From the IMG/VR virus record IMGVR_UViG_3300022670_000398, positions 1-41,785 of that record: DNA of 41,785 nt. One strand, written 5' to 3'. A program made the position numbers and the translations under genes. Below are positions 35,082 to 41,785 of the stretch, piece after piece (the first letter of the stretch is position 1; every line of letters starts with the position of its first letter). Below the pieces are notes generated by a model. The model searched no databases. It was not told the origin of the DNA and worked only from the letters and a program-made list of their open reading frames with translations. This DNA comes from a virus. Its lineage: Duplodnaviria > Caudoviricetes.

Positions 35082-37292
35082 ATGGCAATTGTACCAGAAA
35101 CCGAATTTGTCGGAAAAATTAACGCAGCCGATGCGAATTATGATCTGGGCTCGGCAAGGGATGTCGTTACTGATGATGATGGAACTGGCACACCTTGGAA
35201 AGCTCGTTTAATTAATGATATTTGGGGACTCAACCAAAAATTACTGAATGTAGCAGGAATAACCCCAAGCGGAAGTCCTGATACTATTTTAGCATCTGAT
35301 TATTTTGATGCTTTAATGACTCTCGTATCTAGGCCCACTTTAACCGTTGCGACCATGACCGCTTTAACTGGCGTGAGGGCTGGCAATGTCTTTAATGTGG
35401 CTGAGCGATCAACTGATAATGGTGGCGGCGCAATTTGGGTAGCAATTACCACAGGATCGACTCCGGGGGTTGATTTACCCGACACAGCCAGAATTGTTGT
35501 TGGCGTAGCCGATCCTTTAATTAGTTTTGTTTTGAGAACTGGCTCAAAACTCTTCATCTCTCAGTGGTTGAGTGGAGTTGACGCCGATTTAGTTTTGCCA
35601 ATTATGGATACATTCTCGGCGGGAAAACTGGCAATTGTTATCGATAAAGCAGTAACGGCCCCAACATTAACCACTATCGCATCTAAAGTGGACTTTGTAG
35701 GTTTGGGCGCTATTGCTAACACATTAACGTTAACATTCTCTAGAGAAGTCAATGAAAGTATTTATAATCGATTGGAGATATTTAACAGCACTGGTGATAT
35801 TGTTCTCGCAGGTAAAACCCGTAAAATTTATCCTGAATGGTTTGGTATATTTAACGAAGATGATGGGAATGATGGCACCGTTGATTTGGATAGCAATACC
35901 AGGCGATGCGGTAGATGCCACGGAGACTCAAAAGGCTGCTTAATATGGGGATTCGGTAAATATTTTATTCGAGATTACTTGTTAGATGCTAGTGATATGC
36001 TTATGTTTGGGCAAGGAATGGATAAAACCTTTTTAGAGAATTCAATCGTTAATAATGTATCAACCAGATTAGGAAATGTATTAGCAATTTATGCACCAAC
36101 CGCAGCACTTAGCCCCCTTATAGGAAATAGAGATTGGACGGGTGATGTTAACACTGAAAATTGCCATATGGCTGATTTTACAGTGATATTTGATGATACT
36201 AAAACAGTTAGTCAAGATCCAACGATGAACAATGTAGCTATTTTAGGCGTTAACGGGGCTAGTGCGAAAAATATTAAATCTATATTGTCCACGGGTAATA
36301 GAGCGTTCTTTGTGGGAACTAATTACCCAAATCAAAAGACATTGAATGTAACGGTTTCTCGTTGCAAATCAGAGGGGGCTATAACAGGTGGCTTTATATC
36401 GGAAGGTTTTGATTCTAATACCGGTAAGCAACTCAAAGGTATTGTATTTAAAGAGAATGATTTTAAAGTCAGGAGAGTTGCTAGTGATGCAACTGGTGGC
36501 CCGTCTAGCGCGTTCTTTATGCATGGCGGAGATACTACAGCTAATAGTGATGTTGGGATTGTATCCCTTATTGATAATAGAGGCAGTGGCGGCGCTATTG
36601 GGATTCATACTTCCGGTGCGGGTGCAACAACAAGATTCCACTCTAAACTAGTCGCAAAAAATACTTATTTAACAGACTTTTCAGAGCAAGGCATCCAATC
36701 TAACATTGAAGATGCTGAGTTCTTAAATACAGAACTAGACCTTGAAGCTTTGGTAACAATAACAGTCCAGGCGGCTGGATTTAAATTAAATATAGGTGCT
36801 AATGGCGGTGCATTAAGAAATACTATTCGAGGAACTAAATTCACAAATATCTCAGGTACAGGAAATATTAGGAGTATCGATATTTCGCCAATTGCAGGGA
36901 TGTCTCACACTATAGATGATAACGACTTTATTTATGAAAATGCTATTACTCCGCAATTCGACATTTTCTTTTTGGATTCAGTGGGAGTTACCGGAGATGT
37001 AATATTAACTAATAACGCATTTAATGACACAGGCGTTGCTAACGTGCGCGGAACTACAGTTAACAATGAAGCGCTTTATCACGACAACGGAGGCAATTCC
37101 GGCATGAAATTATTTAATTTACAGACGTACCTATCTAGAGCTACAGCACCCGTTGATAAACGATATTATGAAACCGGAACGAGGCTACAGTTTACCGCGC
37201 CTTTGTTTACCGCTAACACACAGGTTAGCTGGATATGTACAGCATTACATACCCCTCTTGCTGCAGGAACGTGGAAGGTTGGATTTGGTTAG
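35082..37292 (+). CDS. Tailspike/tail fibre with parallel beta-helix (putative depolymerase)
   Basis: N-terminal anchor DGTGTPW...NDIWG..QKLL..AGITPSGSPD; G.G...T and N-rich beta-helix region. Confidence 0.8.
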   Translation: MAIVPETEFVGKINAADANYDLGSARDVVTDDDGTGTPWKARLINDIWGLNQKLLNVAGITPSGSPDTILASDYFDALMTLVSRPTLTVATMTALTGVRAGNVFNVAERSTDNGGGAIWVAITTGSTPGVDLPDTARIVVGVADPLISFVLRTGSKLFISQWLSGVDADLVLPIMDTFSAGKLAIVIDKAVTAPTLTTIASKVDFVGLGAIANTLTLTFSREVNESIYNRLEIFNSTGDIVLAGKTRKIYPEWFGIFNEDDGNDGTVDLDSNTRRCGRCHGDSKGCLIWGFGKYFIRDYLLDASDMLMFGQGMDKTFLENSIVNNVSTRLGNVLAIYAPTAALSPLIGNRDWTGDVNTENCHMADFTVIFDDTKTVSQDPTMNNVAILGVNGASAKNIKSILSTGNRAFFVGTNYPNQKTLNVTVSRCKSEGAITGGFISEGFDSNTGKQLKGIVFKENDFKVRRVASDATGGPSSAFFMHGGDTTANSDVGIVSLIDNRGSGGAIGIHTSGAGATTRFHSKLVAKNTYLTDFSEQGIQSNIEDAEFLNTELDLEALVTITVQAAGFKLNIGANGGALRNTIRGTKFTNISGTGNIRSIDISPIAGMSHTIDDNDFIYENAITPQFDIFFLDSVGVTGDVILTNNAFNDTGVANVRGTTVNNEALYHDNGGNSGMKLFNLQTYLSRATAPVDKRYYETGTRLQFTAPLFTANTQVSWICTALHTPLAAGTWKVGFG

Positions 37293-37327
37293 ATGCTAAT
37301 AAGAATAGTTAAACATTTGGCTTAATA

Positions 37328-37357
37328 CCGTTATCTCGAAGTATTGCCCGGTAACGG
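37328..37357. terminator. Possible hairpin where the two arms converge
   Basis: CCGTTATC/GGTAACGG imperfect inverted repeat between convergent stops; no clear U-tract. Confidence 0.3.
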
Positions 37358-37364
37358 ATAATCT

Positions 37365-37709
37365 CTACTCAATTTCAATAGCGCCCTTATAGGCCCATAT
37401 TTTATGGGTGCAAATACTCCAAACAGTGCAATCTTCTTTAAATAGAGCGTCTAGCAATGCCTTGGTTAAGTTGTCAATGTCTGGTCTTTGCTGGTGTGGA
37501 GTTTGATCCATTTCTTCTTTTTTCTTTTTACTCCATGATTTAGGCATTGGCATCCAAAATGTGACTGTATCGCCCATATCGTGAATATTAACCTTTTTTA
37601 ACCGGCATTCATCAGCAAACGCTCTGTAACGCATCACACACGGTCTTTTTTTCCACTTGTCACTCTGCGTCTGCCTTGGCTTTGGCACAGGTGTAATGTC
37701 GTAAATCAT
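37365..37709 (-). CDS. rusA: RusA family Holliday junction resolvase
   Basis: PVPKPRQT, MPMPKSWSKKKK and RPDIDNLTKALLDAL.EDC.V motifs. Confidence 0.92.
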   Translation of the reverse strand: MIYDITPVPKPRQTQSDKWKKRPCVMRYRAFADECRLKKVNIHDMGDTVTFWMPMPKSWSKKKKEEMDQTPHQQRPDIDNLTKALLDALFKEDCTVWSICTHKIWAYKGAIEIE

Positions 37710-38017
37710 GCCTTTATCAACCCCTTTTCTAATAGAATGTATTGAGTTCTAAATATACCTTCGTAGTGCATCTGCCTAATCTCACCACGCGTTATTGCTA
37801 ATCTGAGAGCTGGTACTATATGGCCGTCAATAACGCTATGACAGTCGCTACAAGCATAAGCAATAAACATATCATGATGCTTCGTACCCATGCCAGCACC
37901 ATTCATATGGGCTGCTATCGTTGTCTCAGGGTTAAAGTTGCAGATTCCAGGTATGCGAACTTGGCAATCTTCACCCCTTGCGGAATCGGTTATCTTTTTA
38001 TTTTTCTTGCGTGCCAT
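37706..38017 (-). CDS. DUF1364/YbcO-like putative nuclease
   Basis: SARGEDCQVRIPGICNFNPETT..AH and AYACSDCHS.ID motifs. Confidence 0.9.
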   Translation of the reverse strand: MARKKNKKITDSARGEDCQVRIPGICNFNPETTIAAHMNGAGMGTKHHDMFIAYACSDCHSVIDGHIVPALRLAITRGEIRQMHYEGIFRTQYILLEKGLIKA

Positions 38018-38023
38018 TATTGT

Positions 38024-38287
38024 TTATTCCTTGGTTAGAATCTGAAATGGTATGTATGTCACTTCGATAATGAAGTCAGTTAAATAGCTCGGTGAGCATC
38101 CTGTGTGCTTGAAATGCAAGCCTTTCTTATTTTCGTACAGTTTTTTATGGCATATTTCACCAGTACACTCATTCACTACTAAAACATATAAATCAAGTCC
38201 TTTTTGTTGATTTGGGTGTTGTTTGTGTTTATGCGGCCCCTCCAACAAAGAAAATAAACCGTTAGATTTTAAGTTACGTGATTTCAT
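38024..38287 (-). CDS. Hypothetical protein
   Basis: 87 aa, AAGGGG RBS. Confidence 0.65.
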   Translation of the reverse strand: MKSRNLKSNGLFSLLEGPHKHKQHPNQQKGLDLYVLVVNECTGEICHKKLYENKKGLHFKHTGCSPSYLTDFIIEVTYIPFQILTKE

Positions 38288-38303
38288 CTATCTATCCCCT
38301 TGG

Positions 38304-38747
38304 TTAAAAAAAACTCAACAACTGATTATAAATCGACTCAGACGGGTCTTTAAATATATGCTTCGATGCCGCATTAATCAAAGCAGTATAGAGTTCTCGA
38401 AACTCTTCCTCTTCCATATTACCAAAAGCTATGGATTTGGCCTCAAGCCTGACAGAGCCGTCGATTCTGGTTGTTTGGATGTAGTACCCGGCCAATATTG
38501 TTAAGTCATACCTGAAGCGGTCAAACTGGGCCGAATGAGAGCCAAACTCCATTACCTGTTCGCCAGCCCAATACTCCATACAAAAAGTGAAGAATGCCAT
38601 TACTTTACGGTGGAATTGTGGATTTCTGCATAATTTTATATCAACTGGGTAATACTCACCTGTTTTAAACTTAGTCATTTTTTCAACATCAATCTCACTT
38701 GATGGAATAAGAACGCCGCCAGGCTGTTTTATAAAGTCGACTTTCAT
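38304..38747 (-). CDS. DUF1367 family protein (NinB-like)
   Basis: RNPQFHRKVMAFF, FDRFRYDLTILAGY and AKSIAFGNMEEEEF..LY motifs. Confidence 0.88.
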   Translation of the reverse strand: MKVDFIKQPGGVLIPSSEIDVEKMTKFKTGEYYPVDIKLCRNPQFHRKVMAFFTFCMEYWAGEQVMEFGSHSAQFDRFRYDLTILAGYYIQTTRIDGSVRLEAKSIAFGNMEEEEFRELYTALINAASKHIFKDPSESIYNQLLSFF

Positions 38748-39361
38748 TGAAACATAGCCTGCTGGCGTGTAGAATCGTTAAACCTGGCCTGTGCTGCCTC
38801 GAAATAGTCTTTATCTAACTCACAGCCTACAAAGTCAACACCGTAGTAGTGGGCCGCTATTGCACTACTTCCTGAGCCTAAATGAGTATCTAACACTCTT
38901 TCACCAAATTTACAGTATTTATTTAGCAGCCACTCATATAGACATACTGGTTTCTGTGTTGGGTGAATTTTCCCATTAGATTCCTTTGTGTACTCATCAA
39001 ATATTATCACCTTTCCTTTTTTAATATTGGTCCAAGCTATTTCAGCATCGGAGAAATGGCAGTTTCTATTTTTCTTATCCCAAATAATAACGGTTGTAGC
39101 CTTTCCTAAAAAATCAAAGAAGTGATTACCACCCCAAACTATGGCCGCCTTTGAGACCCTAAACAGTTCATCGAAATATTTCTGATCTGGCAAGTTATCC
39201 CAGTTTTTCAATTTCTTGATATCTTTTTTTGATATTGATTGATTGCCAGTTGAGCTCCATGTGGTGATTCCATAGGGTGGATCTACAATAGCGAGGTCGA
39301 ATTCATTATCTTTGCAGGTTTTCATATATTCCATGCAATCAATATTTAGCAGTTCAATCAT
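38744..39361 (-). CDS. Orphan DNA methyltransferase (N6-A/N4-C, beta class)
   Basis: DPPY catalytic motif, HPTQKPV and LDTHLGSGS SAM-binding motif. Confidence 0.92.
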   Translation of the reverse strand: MIELLNIDCMEYMKTCKDNEFDLAIVDPPYGITTWSSTGNQSISKKDIKKLKNWDNLPDQKYFDELFRVSKAAIVWGGNHFFDFLGKATTVIIWDKKNRNCHFSDAEIAWTNIKKGKVIIFDEYTKESNGKIHPTQKPVCLYEWLLNKYCKFGERVLDTHLGSGSSAIAAHYYGVDFVGCELDKDYFEAAQARFNDSTRQQAMFQ

Positions 39362-39681
39362 TCCGCTTCATCCTGTAATGAGATAGGAAAATCTATATTG
39401 TTTGGATTTTTTAATTCACTAACTCTATCTTCAAGCTGTCTGGACATATCATTAAAGGCCCAATCAGCACCATCTAAAAAGGTTCCTGCTCTTGGTGGTG
39501 AATGCAAAACTATTGAAAGTCTAGCGTTTTCAACCGCGTCAGCCTTAATCTGGTTGGTGTAGTCGCTTAACTCGTCATACTTACGTTTGAGCTCATTTAT
39601 CGTTTTAGCATCCTCATCAGCCTTGTTTGAAGCTCTAGCAAGCTCCGCTTTCATGTTCTCAATCGAAAATTGGTCAGTCAT
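39358..39681 (-). CDS. Hypothetical coiled-coil protein
   Basis: 107 aa, overlapping neighbours in the operon. Confidence 0.7.
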   Translation of the reverse strand: MTDQFSIENMKAELARASNKADEDAKTINELKRKYDELSDYTNQIKADAVENARLSIVLHSPPRAGTFLDGADWAFNDMSRQLEDRVSELKNPNNIDFPISLQDEAE

Positions 39682-39883
39682 TTGTCTGTCCCTTTTGTTT
39701 ATCCTCTATTAAATCGCAGCACTTTTTTGCCCGTTCGAGATAAATTGGATCGTCAAGCTTTGGATAATGATCTTCATCGTCAGATCGCTTATTACAAACA
39801 TAATAATCAAAAGCGTTATAACCATCAGAATCACAATCAGTCTCTATACTTGAATGGATGCAATTAAAACAGTTCTTTTTCAT
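39674..39883 (-). CDS. Small Cys-rich hypothetical protein
   Basis: KNCFNCIH...C...KKCC; ATG 39883 coupled to the upstream stop, GGAG RBS. Confidence 0.7.
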   Translation of the reverse strand: MKKNCFNCIHSSIETDCDSDGYNAFDYYVCNKRSDDEDHYPKLDDPIYLERAKKCCDLIEDKQKGQTND

Positions 39884-40134
39884 TTGTATTTCTCCAGGCA
39901 TTTACCGGGCTTTTGGCTCTCGGTTTCGGTACATTTACAATATAAAACGTCATTAATATATTTTACTGGATAATCGCCGCAAGCTTTAGCGTCTTGCTCC
40001 GCTTGTAATTTAGCGTCTATACTTTGTTCAGCTCCACCAAACCATTCTACGAACACCGGTACAAGATGTTGCCCTAAGAAGAGGCAGAAGCCTATAACAC
40101 ATATCGAAGCGATTGATGGGCCTATTTTAACCAT
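39880..40134 (-). CDS. Membrane-anchored hypothetical protein
   Basis: N-terminal TM followed by a Cys-containing domain. Confidence 0.7.
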   Translation of the reverse strand: MVKIGPSIASICVIGFCLFLGQHLVPVFVEWFGGAEQSIDAKLQAEQDAKACGDYPVKYINDVLYCKCTETESQKPGKCLEKYK

Positions 40135-40420
40135 GATTAACCTCGTCGATTAGTTTTTGAATTTTAGCTACTTCCAAATATCTAACATCTACAAACGGTT
40201 GAGATTTCATTTCTTTTATCAACTCTTCAATCTTACTAATTGGTATTAAGTTTTCGGTTACGCCAGCTAATGACATGCGGCAACGTCTTTTTTCGATTTC
40301 ACTTAACCCGTCCCAAAAATCCATTGAGCCGCCATTTTGAGATGAGTATCGTTCACCCCACATAATCATTGCTATTTTTGCCTCTGGGGTCGGATTTAGA
40401 TTTCTTGTTTGATCTTTCAT
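40127..40420 (-). CDS. Hypothetical protein
   Basis: 97 aa, ATGA-coupled. Confidence 0.7.
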   Translation of the reverse strand: MKDQTRNLNPTPEAKIAMIMWGERYSSQNGGSMDFWDGLSEIEKRRCRMSLAGVTENLIPISKIEELIKEMKSQPFVDVRYLEVAKIQKLIDEVNHG

Positions 40421-40608
40421 TGGTCTATTCCTATCATAATTTTATTGGCGAGCTCAATTTGTTCGGCCAACTCTCTATCATACCGCTCTTGTTGGTCTGT
40501 ATATTTCGATACCGTTGGAAAAAAAAGTAAATAGCCACCACTATCCCGAATTCCGTAAGGCTTTCCAAATTGAAAAATAATCTCAAGATTCTTGTGTTTC
40601 ATTATCAT
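40417..40608 (-). CDS. Hypothetical protein
   Basis: 63 aa, ATGA-coupled. Confidence 0.65.
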   Translation of the reverse strand: MIMKHKNLEIIFQFGKPYGIRDSGGYLLFFPTVSKYTDQQERYDRELAEQIELANKIMIGIDQ

Positions 40609-40841
40609 TCCACCTTAAGGCCGCAATCTTCTGCTAAATCAGCGCCCCAATCTTGAACAATATTATTAACCTCGATCTTATATTGGTCTTTAATGTAATT
40701 TCTTGCAACTTGGTGAATTTCCGCTAATGTGGGATTATTTTTATCTGTAAACCCACTTTCAAAAGCGCCGATCATCATATCAACAAATTCCATTATCGCT
40801 TCTGACTTTATTTCTTTTACTTCTACTTGATCTGTTGTCAT
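40605..40841 (-). CDS. Hypothetical protein
   Basis: 78 aa, RBS present. Confidence 0.7.
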   Translation of the reverse strand: MTTDQVEVKEIKSEAIMEFVDMMIGAFESGFTDKNNPTLAEIHQVARNYIKDQYKIEVNNIVQDWGADLAEDCGLKVE

Positions 40842-40845
40842 TTTC

Positions 40846-41214
40846 CTATCTCCGGTTAGGTCTTGTAAAATATGTAAAAAATCTTTTAAGTGCTAGAAAA
40901 CGCCTTCGCTCATCATTTCTTACAATTTTAGGAATAACACTTTCTTCCATTACGCGCTTATACTTCTTGAGTTCCTCTTCTGTAACAGCCCGTTTTATAT
41001 TACTTTGTATCGTCATATCAGATTTATAGCAACCGCATGATTTAGTATTGCCAGATTTAAGATTTGATGTTTTAACCTCAACCTTATTACCGCATTCGCA
41101 CTGGCATAGCATAACCCTTTCACCGGCCTTTCCGTTCCTTCGCCTTGCACTATAAGCCAAATCTATAACTGTCAATCTTCCAAAAATTTCGCCGTTCGAT
41201 ACTGACCATCCCAT
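40846..41214 (-). CDS. Zinc-binding N-terminal module of an HNH/AP2-type endonuclease, without a nuclease domain
   Basis: FGRLTVI...LCQCECGN...LKSGNTKSCGC; no HNH motif follows. Confidence 0.75.
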   Translation of the reverse strand: MGWSVSNGEIFGRLTVIDLAYSARRRNGKAGERVMLCQCECGNKVEVKTSNLKSGNTKSCGCYKSDMTIQSNIKRAVTEEELKKYKRVMEESVIPKIVRNDERRRFLALKRFFTYFTRPNRR

Positions 41215-41238
41215 TTTATTCTCCGGTTAAAAATTATA

Positions 41239-41664
41239 TTAAAGCTCTAAGCCAACAATTCGTTTACACTCATCAAACGGTGTGCCGTATCGTTCCTGTA
41301 TTTTCTCGGCGCTTTTAAGTTTCATGGAATCACTAACAACCGGCATTTTAATGGCCTCCGCTACGTTATCAGGCATAGGCGACCATTTGTAAGAGGGTGT
41401 CCTGTACGTTTCAGAGCTCTTTGGAATAAACTTGATTAATTGCGGTATCTTTGGAAATGTCGATTCCGCTTGACGATGTTTCCTAAAAGCAATTTCCAAT
41501 GAGTATTGATTAGCAAAACAGAGAGAGCTGTAATACATTTCTAATACCGTTCTTTCGTTTTCGCGCTTTTCGCTATCCGTTGTTCCTTGCCATTTTTTAT
41601 TAAAGTAAGCCAATTCAGGTTTGATTAGCCTCCAAAACTCGTTTCGTCTTATGTTAATTTCCAT
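41239..41664 (-). CDS. Replication-associated protein (helicase loader/inhibitor-like)
   Basis: Overlaps the initiator stop across the circular junction; STFPKIPQLI resembles the G39P-type FPPTIAEI motif. Confidence 0.55.
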   Translation of the reverse strand: MEINIRRNEFWRLIKPELAYFNKKWQGTTDSEKRENERTVLEMYYSSLCFANQYSLEIAFRKHRQAESTFPKIPQLIKFIPKSSETYRTPSYKWSPMPDNVAEAIKMPVVSDSMKLKSAEKIQERYGTPFDECKRIVGLEL

Positions 41665-41785
41665 TGATAAAGTCCTCTCCTAGTTCGTCGAGTGAATAAC
41701 CGCGATCACCTTGAACGATGTGATTTATGATTTCATCTTTCCAGCGCTCTCCGTTCAAATAGGTCGTTGGGTGCATTTCTGTAAA
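41642..41785. repeat. Terminal direct repeat, right copy
   Basis: Identical to 1-144. Confidence 0.97.

Noticed and set aside
17779-36651. Many minus-strand and alternate-frame ORFs in the track (e.g. 19802-20269, 27750-28160, 31640-31963)
   Set aside because: They are shadows of well-supported plus-strand genes, with no RBS or recognisable motifs.
38744-39361. Restriction-modification system
   Set aside because: No cognate endonuclease; orphan methyltransferases are common in nin-like regions.
1-41785. Alternative genetic code
   Set aside because: Core genes are full-length under the standard code, use all three stop codons, and no suppressor tRNA is seen.

Overview
This window is a complete, circularly permuted double-stranded DNA tailed-phage genome. 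The unit length is 41,641 bp: bases 1-144 recur exactly at 41642-41785, and a gene reads across the junction. The morphology is siphovirus-like (tape measure, tube, frameshifted chaperone, lambda-like tail tip, no sheath). The DNA is AT-rich and the host is probably a Gram-negative gammaproteobacterium (inferred from the spanins and lambdoid nin-type genes). A divergent promoter pair at about 1.58-1.65 kb drives two arms. The leftward arm carries an unannotated RHH regulator, a NinX-like gene, a YdaU/DUF1376 initiator with iteron-like repeats, a loader-like protein, a methyltransferase, DUF1367, DUF1364 and RusA. The rightward arm carries a Sak/Rad52 recombinase, small early genes, a lysis cassette, an exported YjiK-like beta-propeller, a displaced fibre module, an HTH-led accessory block, and the packaging, head and tail genes ending in a beta-helix tailspike. 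I recognised no integrase, CI repressor or N/Q antiterminator. The most notable candidates are: (1) an unannotated 36-aa Pro/Gly/acidic peptide translationally coupled to a multi-pass membrane protein and then to the lysis genes, possibly a peptide-receptor lysis-control system; (2) a duplicated distal tail protein with a Cys-Gly extension next to a myovirus-type fibre anchor; (3) a structured 5' leader of the replication initiator; (4) a three-hairpin intergenic RNA; and (5) paralogous head-spike-like genes. All family calls come from motif recognition by eye, with no database searches.
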